DNA of 32,000 bases, taken from the NCBI GenBank assembly GCA_001430755.1, contig CP013062.1, positions 120,001-152,000 of the forward strand. The letters are read 5' to 3'. Below the pieces are notes generated by a model that saw only the letters and a list, made by a program, of their open reading frames with translations, did not search any database and was not told where the DNA came from. Shown piece by piece: positions 7,895 to 15,332 of this stretch; the first letter of the stretch is position 1, and each line of letters opens with the position of its first letter. Source of the stretch: Candidatus Peribacter riflensis (GTDB taxonomy: Bacteria; Patescibacteriota; Gracilibacteria; Peribacterales; Peribacteraceae). Made by a program: the position numbers and the translations under genes.

Positions 7895-8203
7895 ATGCCG
7901 ACCGTCGAAGCACTCCATGATTCCGAGGCAGACATCCATCAAGCCAGCCAGGCGGATACCTGGCCCGAAGATTTGCCCGCAGATGCGATGGAGCTTGCAC
8001 GCGAACTCGACAAGTTGCAGCGGCCCCATTACGAGCCCGGCAAAGGCCTGGGACCGAGCAGTCCTGTTCCTGCAGAGATCGAGGCGACCGAAGCAGAAGT
8101 CCGAAAACTCCTCTTCGCATCCGGGCCCTTTCCTCAGGCGATTGCCCAGGATCTTGCTGCGGATATGAGAAAATTGCGTCAATTTCATAGAGCGGGAGCC
8201 TGA
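7895..8203 (+). CDS. Hypothetical small acidic protein (102 aa)
   Basis: Internal ATG of ORF 7637..8203. The upstream part of that ORF is Arg/Cys/Ser-rich junk. From MPTVEALHDSEADIHQASQ the composition looks protein-like. It is preceded by a 21-nt pure pyrimidine leader (7874-7894). No recognisable motif. Confidence 0.4.
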   Translation: MPTVEALHDSEADIHQASQADTWPEDLPADAMELARELDKLQRPHYEPGKGLGPSSPVPAEIEATEAEVRKLLFASGPFPQAIAQDLAADMRKLRQFHRAGA

Positions 8204-8291
8204 GGTCATCATCGCGCGCCCGAAGCGGTACAGGGGGATACTCGTCACAGTGGTCCGAGAGTGAGGAGTGGTCGCGCAGATGAGGCCAATC

Positions 8292-8300
8292 TGCTATAAT
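8292..8300 (+). promoter_or_regulatory. Extended -10 promoter candidate TGcTATAAT, 9 nt upstream of ATG 8310
   Basis: ctgcTATAATgagtgacctATG read directly. This is the consensus -10 with a TGn extension. The spacing implies a leaderless or near-leaderless transcript. Confidence 0.5.
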
Positions 8301-8309
8301 GAGTGACCT

Positions 8310-8525
8310 ATGGCGGAAATCTCTCTACCGTGCGGCCCGGTACCTCTCCCCGAAGGATCGATTGTGCCGGATGAGGAAGTGCAGGCGCTCCAGACGGCGC
8401 TGGAACTTGCTGCTGCCACCATGACTCAACGTCCGGGAAGTGCCATCGTGCACGAGCTGCACCGTACTGCCGCTGCAAAATACCGTGATGCACTTGCTGC
8501 GCGTGGGCTGGCGATGCCGGAGTAG
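8310..8525 (+). CDS. Hypothetical small protein (71 aa)
   Basis: The ORF sits immediately behind a consensus extended -10. It has helical, Ala-rich composition (EEVQALQTALELAAATM...AAAKYRDALAARGL). The GHKL gene follows 21 nt later, so the two are probably co-transcribed. Confidence 0.45.
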   Translation: MAEISLPCGPVPLPEGSIVPDEEVQALQTALELAAATMTQRPGSAIVHELHRTAAAKYRDALAARGLAMPE

Positions 8526-8546
8526 TTCGCCTTTTTCTCTGTCTTC

Positions 8547-9710
8547 ATGCCTGACGAACATCCACATACACCAGAGATTCCCGGGTCTACGCTCCCTGAA
8601 GCCGGACAGGATCAACAGATCGCACAGAAGCGTGCGGATACGCAGGTCTCTTCACGCATGACCACGTTCGCGCAGCAACCCGACGAAAGCGCCGAGAAGC
8701 TGCAGGAACGCTTCATCAGTGAAGTGTTGGTTCCGGCTATCGAGTGGGCGATCCTGCCGGATGCACGCGATCTCGTGGCAGATATCACTGCGCAACTCGA
8801 ACAGGGGCTTCCTGATTCTTCGCGGGCGAACGACTGGGGCACGCGGGCCTCGGCCATTGTCGAGCGCATGAGCCGCCTCTTGATGCAGATGGAGCAGGTT
8901 GCGAGCAGGCACCTGGGTCCTGTGGGTGCTTTTGCCATGGGGGAGATCGCGCACCACTGCCCCAAATTCATGCATATGTTGATCGCACCGACCTGCCGGG
9001 AACTGGCGCTTGCATTGGAGCGCGGAGACACCGAAGCTGCCGAAAACTGCCGTCGGATCATCCTGCAGGAAATCGGCGGGACCGGAGTGCATGCTGCAGA
9101 GCAACGGCTCCAGTTTCTTCTCGAAAAATACTTCATAACCAAACTGGCCTTCGCCAACCGCTTTCAGAAAGCGAAGAAGGGGATCAGCGCCTCCGGAAAT
9201 TTCAGTCGCATCATGGCACAATCGGAGCGCCGGATGGGGGAAATTCTGCACAATGTACTGAGACTGGAGCACCATTCCTACGAAGTGGAATTCGTCACAA
9301 ATATTCCTGAAGAGCAGCAGGAACAGGATCTGATTCCCCGGGCAGGACTCATCGGAGAAGTGCTTGCAGAATTGATGCTGAACGCGTTTAAAGTGATGGA
9401 GCAGACAAAGAAGGGATCCAAACTCATCGTCACGATCAACCTACGAAAAGACGGCAGTATGCTGCTCAAGGTGCATGATGATGGGCCGGGAATCGGCAAT
9501 CGCGATCCCGAAGAGCTCTTTAGAGCGGGCGAAACGACAACGCAGCGTTTCGGGGGGACGGGGATGGGGCTCACGTATCTGCGCCAGAACATTCAGGAGC
9601 ACTTTCAGGGATTTCTCACTGCGCAGAAGAATACCAGTGAACCGGGGATGACTGTTTCATGTATCCTGCCGCCGGCGGAGGGATGGCCGCAGCAGGAGGG
9701 CGATGAGTGA
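8547..9710 (+). CDS. Soluble GHKL/HATPase_c-domain protein (atypical histidine-kinase-like ATPase with no TM segment and no canonical H-box)
   Basis: 387 aa. The C-terminal ATPase motifs are N-box LAELMLNAFKV, G1 VHDDGPGIG and G2 FGGTGMGLTYLRQNI. The N-terminal ~270 aa are helical. I could not find an H-E-x-x-T/R-P-type phosphoacceptor box. The nearest candidate, GEILHNVLRLEHH, is weak. Confidence 0.75.
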   Translation: MPDEHPHTPEIPGSTLPEAGQDQQIAQKRADTQVSSRMTTFAQQPDESAEKLQERFISEVLVPAIEWAILPDARDLVADITAQLEQGLPDSSRANDWGTRASAIVERMSRLLMQMEQVASRHLGPVGAFAMGEIAHHCPKFMHMLIAPTCRELALALERGDTEAAENCRRIILQEIGGTGVHAAEQRLQFLLEKYFITKLAFANRFQKAKKGISASGNFSRIMAQSERRMGEILHNVLRLEHHSYEVEFVTNIPEEQQEQDLIPRAGLIGEVLAELMLNAFKVMEQTKKGSKLIVTINLRKDGSMLLKVHDDGPGIGNRDPEELFRAGETTTQRFGGTGMGLTYLRQNIQEHFQGFLTAQKNTSEPGMTVSCILPPAEGWPQQEGDE

Positions 9711-9717
9711 GGGCACA

Positions 9718-10725
9718 TCACGTCCCGAAGTACTTCTGAAACTTCTCTGCTTTCAGCAGCTTGGCCCCCAGCGTGAGCATCTGAGTCTGAAGGCGCGGGT
9801 GGGCCCGCAGGCGCTTGAGCATGCCCTCGCGGCGCTGCTTTAAGGCGAGCATGCGCTCCAGTTCCGGCATGGGATATGCGGGATCTAAAATGCGCTTCGC
9901 CACCTCCTGCCCCGATGCGAGCGCGAAGGCGATACCCTCGCCGGTGAAGGCCTCGGTGAGTCCCGCGGCATCCCCTGCGAGAAAGACGTTGCCGAATAGA
10001 GCGCCCTTGTACAGCACGCCGAGGGGTGCGCCCCGTACGGCTTCGGGATCGAACGGGAACCCCTCATCCGCCATGAATTCTTTGAATGCCTCGATGACCT
10101 TCTCGTACGGAATTTCGTCCGGATCGTAGTACGCGCCCACGTTGGTGATGCCCTCCCGCTTCGGAAAAGCCCACATGTACCCGGTCGCAATGCGTGCGGG
10201 ATCAAAGAACCACAGCACCCGTTCTGTCTTCACCGGCACGTCGATGGCGAAGCCAAGCGTGATTTTGCGCGGCAACTTCAAAAAGCGGCGCACCATGGAG
10301 TCGGCTCCGTCCGCGCCCACGAGGGAGGTGAAACCGAAAGTTCCCTGCGTCGTCACGACGCTGTCTTTCTGTATTTCGGTGACTTTCGTATCGGTGAGCA
10401 CGGTGATGTTCGCAGTGCCAGAGATCTCCTTCAGAAGAAACTGACCCAGGTCCAAGCGGGTGATGGAGCGAAGCCCGTGCTTCAGGTGGATCACGGTGTC
10501 GTGCCCGCCCACGCGGATGGTGTGTGTCGGCGCGGGGTGCGAAAGGGATTCTGGTATCCCAAAGCCTTCATCCTGGTGCGTGAGGCCCCCGCCGCAGGTT
10601 TTGGGCCCGATCACCTTTTTCCGGTCCACAATCAGCACGGATTTGTTTGATCCTTTCAGCGTCCGCGCGCACTGCAGCCCCGCGGGTCCTGCACCGACGA
10701 TGATGACGTCGAAGCGAGTTTCCAT
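9718..10725 (-). CDS. Geranylgeranyl reductase family FAD-dependent oxidoreductase
   Basis: From ORF 9718..10875. METRFDVIIVGAGPAGLQCARTLKG...VLIVDRKKVIGPKTCGGGLT contains the GxGxxG dinucleotide fold plus the xKxCGGG motif typical of geranylgeranyl/digeranylgeranylglycerophospholipid reductases. The distal FLAGDAAG motif is also present. Start set at ATG 10725; the upstream extension is low complexity. Confidence 0.82.
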   Translation of the reverse strand: METRFDVIIVGAGPAGLQCARTLKGSNKSVLIVDRKKVIGPKTCGGGLTHQDEGFGIPESLSHPAPTHTIRVGGHDTVIHLKHGLRSITRLDLGQFLLKEISGTANITVLTDTKVTEIQKDSVVTTQGTFGFTSLVGADGADSMVRRFLKLPRKITLGFAIDVPVKTERVLWFFDPARIATGYMWAFPKREGITNVGAYYDPDEIPYEKVIEAFKEFMADEGFPFDPEAVRGAPLGVLYKGALFGNVFLAGDAAGLTEAFTGEGIAFALASGQEVAKRILDPAYPMPELERMLALKQRREGMLKRLRAHPRLQTQMLTLGAKLLKAEKFQKYFGT

Positions 10726-10892
10726 CTGTTGGGCACTGGTATACCACAAATGGAGTGAGGGAGAGTGGTGGACCAAGTGCGGAAATATTGGAACCGCTTG
10801 GAGGAGCTGATTTATGTGTGGCATGGGCAATGGATGACCAGTGCGGCAACGTGAATTCGAGATTACATGTATCATGGGACAAAGTTTTTCTC

Positions 10893-12254
10893 ATGACAGC
10901 CACCCCTCTCGATTATTTCATCGAAGCGACGACGGGCTTGTGTCCGCAGTGTATGAAGTCAGTGCCTGCAAAACTTCTGCGCAAACAAAACTCAGTCTAT
11001 TTGGAGAAATACTGCCCAACGCATGGTCCCCAAACGGAGCTTTTTGAGGAAGATGCAGACTACTTCATCAGACGAAGAGACTTCGACAAACCCGGGACCG
11101 ATTGCAGGAGGCAGACAGAAACCAAGAAAGGCTGCCCTTTTGATTGCGGTCTCTGCCCTCAGCACGCCCAGCACACCTGCATCGGACTCATCGAAGTGAC
11201 GAATGCCTGTAACCTTGGTTGTCCCATGTGCTACGCGGCATCGGGGAGTGGTGAGTTTCTTCCACTCGAAGTCATCGAAAAAATGATGGATACCTACATT
11301 CAGTCCGAGCTCGAGCCGCCTGAAATCCTCCAGATCAGCGGCGGCGAACCGACGCTCCACCCGAATATTCTTGAAATTATCACACTGGGAAAGCGCAAGG
11401 GTTTCAAGTATGTCATGCTTAATACGAATGGACTACGCTTGGCGAACGACGAAGCATTTGTCCGGAAGCTCGCGGAGTTCAAAGGGGGATTTGAAGTCTA
11501 CCTGCAGTTCGATGGGTTGAACCCCGCAGCACTTCTTTTGCTGCGCGGGAAAGATGTAAGTTCCATCAAGAGAAAAGCAATTGAACATCTTGAGCGCCAC
11601 CGTGTGCCAACGACGCTCGTTGCGACGATTGTGCAGGGAGTGAACGACGGCGACATCGGAGCGATCGTAAAATTCGGGCTCGATACCCCGGGCATCCGTG
11701 GTGTGAATTTCCAGCCCATGGCGTTCTTCGGCAGAATTCCTGAGGGCATGAGCACGAAGGGCCGTATAACATTGACCGGCATTATTCGGTGCATTGAGGA
11801 GCAAACGGACGGCTTGCTCTCCCGAAATGATTTTGTGCCTCTGCCCTGCGATGTTGACCGCGTTTCACTCACGTATCTGCACAAAGACAAGAAGGGAAAA
11901 TGGATTCCGCTGCCACGTGAAATTGATCTGAAGCAGTTCGTTCCGGCAATCAAGAATACCTTCGCTTTTTCCCTTGATGATGCAATCGATATGAAAGCGG
12001 CACAGGGGTGTGATTGCTTCAGGGGACCGTTCAAGCTTATCGATCTCCTTGCCGATGCAGCCCTGCTGCGCTCCTTGCACAAGCGTGCGCAATACCTCAA
12101 TGAAAACCTGTTCCGTATTAGCATTACGTCGTTTGTGGATCCCTACAATTTTGATCTGCGCTCCATGCAGAAGGAATGTGTGCATATCATTACGCCCGAT
12201 GGACGGAAAATACCCTTCTCCGCGTACAATATGATTCATCGAAAAACCGAATGA
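10893..12254 (+). CDS. Radical SAM enzyme with an N-terminal rubredoxin/zinc-ribbon-like CxxC...CxxH and an extra CX3CX2C cluster; architecture resembles the archaeal tetraether lipid synthase (Tes/GDGT-MAS) family
   Basis: From ORF 10755..12254, start set at ATG 10893 (MTATPLDYFIE). Motifs in order: CPQCMKSVPAKLL...YCPTHG, then GCPFDCGLCPQHAQHTC, then the radical SAM motif VTNACNLGCPMCYA, then ISGGEPTLHP, YLQFDG, VATIVQGVNDGDIGAIVKF and GVNFQPMAFFGR. The order and wording match my memory of the MJ0619-type family. The radical SAM call is firm. The Tes assignment is an inference. Confidence 0.8.
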   Translation: MTATPLDYFIEATTGLCPQCMKSVPAKLLRKQNSVYLEKYCPTHGPQTELFEEDADYFIRRRDFDKPGTDCRRQTETKKGCPFDCGLCPQHAQHTCIGLIEVTNACNLGCPMCYAASGSGEFLPLEVIEKMMDTYIQSELEPPEILQISGGEPTLHPNILEIITLGKRKGFKYVMLNTNGLRLANDEAFVRKLAEFKGGFEVYLQFDGLNPAALLLLRGKDVSSIKRKAIEHLERHRVPTTLVATIVQGVNDGDIGAIVKFGLDTPGIRGVNFQPMAFFGRIPEGMSTKGRITLTGIIRCIEEQTDGLLSRNDFVPLPCDVDRVSLTYLHKDKKGKWIPLPREIDLKQFVPAIKNTFAFSLDDAIDMKAAQGCDCFRGPFKLIDLLADAALLRSLHKRAQYLNENLFRISITSFVDPYNFDLRSMQKECVHIITPDGRKIPFSAYNMIHRKTE

Positions 12255-12886
12255 CGCAGATGGCACTCCTCCGTCGGCTCGCCGCTACCCCCCTCGGAAT
12301 TTTTGACATCGTCATGACAACGATTGTTCTTCTCTGTGTCGTCGCCATCTTCGTGGCAGTTATTTTGAACTTTGCAGGATCCAATACTCAGCATGTACGA
12401 AAAGAGCGGCGGAGTATTGTGGAAACCGGAACAATGACGGCATTCTTCCTTGTCTACTATCTCTGTGCGAGATTCCAGGTCGGCGCCCTCCCACCGCCAC
12501 CTGTTGCACTTCATATTTCCATTGCTTGTCTCTCTCTCGTCGTCATTGTCGGCGGGACACTCGTGAATATTTGGGGAAGGGTGGCACTGGGGCACAATTG
12601 GGCAAATCAGATCAAAATGTACGAGAATCAGACATTCATTCACTCGGGACCATACTCATTTGTCCGGCATCCACTCTACGCATCGCTCGTTTGGATGTTT
12701 TTTGCGGGGAGCTTTCTTTACTTCAACTGGCTTCTTTTCCTACTCACGGTCGTTATCTTCCTTCCTTTCATGACATGGCGCGCACGGCAAGAGGAAATGC
12801 TGCTTGAGGAGCAATTCCCTGGGTACTCTAAATACCGGAAGATCACTGGCATGTTTTTTCCCAAACTCTTACGCTTTCACCTATGA
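12251..12886 (+). CDS. ICMT/PEMT-family integral membrane methyltransferase (isoprenylcysteine carboxyl / phospholipid methyltransferase-like)
   Basis: The start ATG at 12251 overlaps the radical SAM stop (ATGA). Polytopic membrane protein. The C-terminal signature is HSGPYSFVRHPLYASLVWMFFAGSFLY...RARQEEMLLEEQFPGYSKYRK (RHPxY...EE..L...FG..Y..Y). Confidence 0.82.
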   Translation: MTQMALLRRLAATPLGIFDIVMTTIVLLCVVAIFVAVILNFAGSNTQHVRKERRSIVETGTMTAFFLVYYLCARFQVGALPPPPVALHISIACLSLVVIVGGTLVNIWGRVALGHNWANQIKMYENQTFIHSGPYSFVRHPLYASLVWMFFAGSFLYFNWLLFLLTVVIFLPFMTWRARQEEMLLEEQFPGYSKYRKITGMFFPKLLRFHL

Positions 12887-13347
12887 AGACGCATCATCCT
12901 GTCTCTGTCCAGCGTGCAGCTTTTCTCTTCTGTCGTGTGAGTATTACGGTGATTCTCTGGGCTGCTTTTTTCCTGCATTCCATTGTCGTACTGTGGCTGG
13001 CATTCATTCTCTTGGGGCTTTCGGCCGTTCTTGGGGTGGATCGCGCGCCGATGATCGTTCTCTATACGCAGACGGTTGGGCGCTTTCTGCCTTCGTTCAC
13101 CGAGACTCTGGATCGCTCTGCCATGCGTTTTGCACACACGCTGGGTACGTTGTGGAGCGGGGCCTGCCTCTTTTGTTTGTACGTATTTCCACTCTCTCCG
13201 ATCGGCTGGCGTCTGCTTCTCCTTCTTTCAATTATGAAGACGATCTCAGCCTCCGGCTACTGTCCGGCTTCCAAGCTCTATACATGCGCGACGGGAGGCT
13301 GTTGTCCGCTCTCGCGACGTCTTTTCGGAGAGCAACATCATGACTGA
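12883..13347 (+). CDS. Small 4-TM membrane protein, DUF4395-like (tentative)
   Basis: 154 aa. The ATG at 12883 overlaps the previous stop (ATGA). It has four hydrophobic segments and a Cys-rich C-terminal tail, SASGYCPASKLYTCATGGCCP, reminiscent of DUF4395. The family assignment comes from memory only. Confidence 0.55.
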   Translation: MKTHHPVSVQRAAFLFCRVSITVILWAAFFLHSIVVLWLAFILLGLSAVLGVDRAPMIVLYTQTVGRFLPSFTETLDRSAMRFAHTLGTLWSGACLFCLYVFPLSPIGWRLLLLLSIMKTISASGYCPASKLYTCATGGCCPLSRRLFGEQHHD

Positions 13348-14122
13348 TTTTCTTCCTTCGGCGTCATCCTCTTCTTCTTGGGGCATCCGCCCTGTCTTGT
13401 TTTTTGTTGGGGCATTGCCGGTGGAGTCCTATCCCTTTTTCATGTTGCTCGCACTCGCGGTAGGCATACTCGTTTTTCTCTATTACCTGAAGAAGCTGAA
13501 AAAACAACATAGCCATTCCCTCTCCATTCTCGTTGCTGCTTTGGTGGGGGGAGTGCTCGGCGCGAAAATCCCGATCTGGCTCACTCAATATCCACATATT
13601 GCGGAAGGAGGATGGAACATTGATACCATTCTCTCAGGACGAACCATTGTGGGGGGCTTGATTGGCGGCACGATTGCGGTGCAGCTCATCAAACGGAAAT
13701 TACATATCCAACAACGCATTGGTAATGCCATTGCCCCTGCGCTCGCTGCCGGTATTGCGGTGGGGAGGTGGGGGTGTTTTCTCCGTGGTTGCTGCTTCGG
13801 AATGCCAACGAATTTACCGTGGGGCGTTGATTTCGGCGATGGTGTTTTCCGGCATCCGACACAACTCTACGAGTCACTCTTCGGAGTTATTGCATTTCTC
13901 ATGCTGGCGCTTCTCCTGAAAAAGAAACAGCCGGACGGATCGCTCTTTGCCGGGTTCATGATCGCGTACTTTCTCTTTCGCTTCTTCCTCGAATTCATCC
14001 GCGTCGAGCCGCGCGTTCTCTTTGGGCTCACCGGGTACCAGTATGCCGCGATGGTGGTGCTGGTATACTATGCAGTAAGGCTCTTCCATTCCCCATATAT
14101 GTATGGACACATCGCAGGGTAA
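13340..14122 (+). CDS. lgt: Prolipoprotein diacylglyceryl transferase (Lgt) family protein with a divergent Cys-substituted signature motif
   Basis: 260 aa, overlapping the previous gene by 8 nt. Lgt landmarks present: GRTIVGGLIGGTIAV (HGGLIGG region), GRWGCFLRGCCFGMPTNLPWGVDF (compare GRLGNFINGELWG...PW) and RHPTQLYESLFG (RHPSQLYE). In a hand alignment the conserved Asn and Glu of the GNFINGE motif are replaced by Cys. Confidence 0.78.
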   Translation: MTDFLPSASSSSSWGIRPVLFFVGALPVESYPFFMLLALAVGILVFLYYLKKLKKQHSHSLSILVAALVGGVLGAKIPIWLTQYPHIAEGGWNIDTILSGRTIVGGLIGGTIAVQLIKRKLHIQQRIGNAIAPALAAGIAVGRWGCFLRGCCFGMPTNLPWGVDFGDGVFRHPTQLYESLFGVIAFLMLALLLKKKQPDGSLFAGFMIAYFLFRFFLEFIRVEPRVLFGLTGYQYAAMVVLVYYAVRLFHSPYMYGHIAG

Positions 14123-14609
14123 AAGGGACTTTTACAGCGATACCGGCAAATCGAGCGCCTCCTTCCTTCTGGGGATTGCCCTGATGGTATTCCTTTCGCT
14201 CGGAGGTCTCCTGTTGGTTACCAGCACGAACAGTATGCCGGCAGTTCTGGCCCTCGTGGCGACGACCTGTGTTCTCATCGCATATCTGCATTACCAATTC
14301 GGCCGCAAGGGAGGGGATGGTGTCATTCGCATGGTCTTTGATTTCATTCTTGGGGTACTGTTGACCGTTATCGGAGGGATGGGCGTCAACTTCTTCATCG
14401 GTCTTTTTGCCATTTCTGTCGGCAATGCATTCGGAGGCCAAATTGCAGGCATCATCATCGGGATCGGCTGTGCCGTGGGGCTTCTGTATCTCTGTGTTCG
14501 TTTATTCTTGAGGAGAGGGAGGAAATATATTGCTTTTGGAATGCTTGGGAGCGCTATTATCCCACTCTTCATCTTTGGGGCTTGTTTGTATTCATTGAAC
14601 GGGCTCTGA
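14103..14609 (+). CDS. Hypothetical polytopic membrane protein (Gly-rich TM helices)
   Basis: 168 aa, overlapping lgt by 20 nt, and the last gene of the operon. It has 5-6 hydrophobic segments (LLGIALMVFLSLGGLLLV, AVLALVATTCVLIAYL, FILGVLLTVIGGMGVNFFIGLFAISVG...). Confidence 0.6.
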   Translation: MDTSQGKRDFYSDTGKSSASFLLGIALMVFLSLGGLLLVTSTNSMPAVLALVATTCVLIAYLHYQFGRKGGDGVIRMVFDFILGVLLTVIGGMGVNFFIGLFAISVGNAFGGQIAGIIIGIGCAVGLLYLCVRLFLRRGRKYIAFGMLGSAIIPLFIFGACLYSLNGL

Positions 14610-14653
14610 TTCATCAGTGATTGCAGATATTGAATTTTGGCTTACAGAAGCCA

Positions 14654-14797
14654 GTGGTGGAGATGCCCCTCCTTCGTTCGCCTCCGCCCTCGGCTCTGGC
14701 GAACTACGGCGGGCAGGCGGGAGGCCCAACATCTTGCAACAGCATATTCGCCAAAACGCACACGAGGTGCGTTTGCCGAATATGTGGTGGAGATGCC
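14654..14797. repeat. 14-nt perfect direct repeat GTGGTGGAGATGCC (14654-14667 and 14784-14797); the second copy is the 3' end of ssrA
   Basis: Read directly. On the minus strand both copies read GGCATCTCCACCAC, which is the acceptor 3' strand plus CCA of the tmRNA. Each copy is followed by a small hairpin. Confidence 0.75.
14754..14774 (-). terminator. Hairpin AAACGCAC-ctcgt-GTGCGTTT followed by T, 10 nt past the ssrA 3' end
   Basis: An 8-bp stem read on the minus strand (14774..14754). The stem runs into TTTTGG. This is a plausible weak intrinsic terminator for ssrA. Confidence 0.4.
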
Positions 14798-15187
14798 GGG
14801 AATCGAACCCGGGTCCAACGTGTAGTGCAGCTGCTTGTACTGTCGTGCTCCTCTCGTACTCACACCCCTAAGAGAGAAGCAGAGAAAGGGTGTGAGGGAT
14901 GATGCCTGATTGACCACAGGGCCGCGACATCAGACGGCTCTGCTGCCTCGCTGATTACGCCTCATCCCTGTAGCGAGAATCGAGGGTGAGACGTGTCCGC
15001 GTAGAGCGGACTTAGGCAGCCAGTGCGAATGCGGGCGCAAACGTGAAGTTCGCGAACGCCTTCTTAAAGACCGCCGGTACATCTGCAGTGGCAGATATTG
15101 TTTGCAACAGTGGGTGCGGGAACCGTTGCCCTCCCGAACAGAAGCGAAACTTCACCAGTATCACGCTGTCGAAACCAAATCATCCCC
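14785..15187 (-). ncRNA. ssrA: tmRNA (SsrA), about 403 nt
   Basis: The minus-strand 5' end, GGGGATGATTTGGTTTCGACAGCG, parallels E. coli GGGGCUGAUUCUGGAUUCGACGGG. The 3' end, GGACCCGGGTTCGATTCCCGGCATCTCCACCA, parallels GGACGCGGGUUCAACUCCCGCCAGCUCCACCA. The acceptor strands GGGGATG/CATCTCC pair with a G3:U wobble (alanine identity). An internal frame, GCG TTC GCG AAC TTC ACG TTT GCG CCC GCA TTC GCA CTG GCT GCC TAA (15059..15012), encodes AFANFTFAPAFALAA-stop with a canonical ...ALAA tag end. The exact resume codon is uncertain. The ORF-track entries at 14617-14917 are therefore non-coding. Confidence 0.92.
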
Positions 15188-15211
15188 ATGCTGTGAACGA
15201 TCAAGGGCACC

Positions 15212-15217
15212 ATTGTA
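15212..15217 (-). promoter_or_regulatory. TACAAT -10-like hexamer 24 nt upstream of the mature tmRNA 5' end (precursor promoter candidate)
   Basis: The minus strand reads gtgTACAATggtgcccttgatcgttcacagcat|GGGGATG. A short 5' leader removed by RNase P would be expected. Confidence 0.3.
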
Positions 15218-15332
15218 CACTTTCGGCGTATCCACGCATGTCTTTTCCTGATTCTTCTGCGGTTTCTATCACTTCAAAAACACCACCCGTTTCTTTCGAT
15301 TCGGGTGGCATTGAACGTATAGAGAACAATCC

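Noticed and set aside
10726-10892. A palindromic GGTATACC in the reductase/radical-SAM intergenic region, considered as a shared operator or bidirectional -10.
   Set aside because: On the minus strand TGgTATACC lies 12 nt from ATG 10725, but the hexamer ends in C. On the plus strand it is too far from ATG 10893, where TATCAT at 10870 is the better candidate. The evidence is too weak to call.
14610-14784. A possible integrated genomic island or prophage next to ssrA.
   Set aside because: The direct repeats are only 130 nt apart. No integrase, excisionase or cargo gene lies on either side. I report it only as a scar-like repeat, not as a mobile element.
14617-14917. Four overlapping small ORFs (14617..14871, 14621..14902, 14637..14825 and 14642..14917).
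   Set aside because: The region is the tmRNA gene and its 3' flank. The conserved tmRNA 5' and 3' ends and the tag frame explain it as RNA, not protein.
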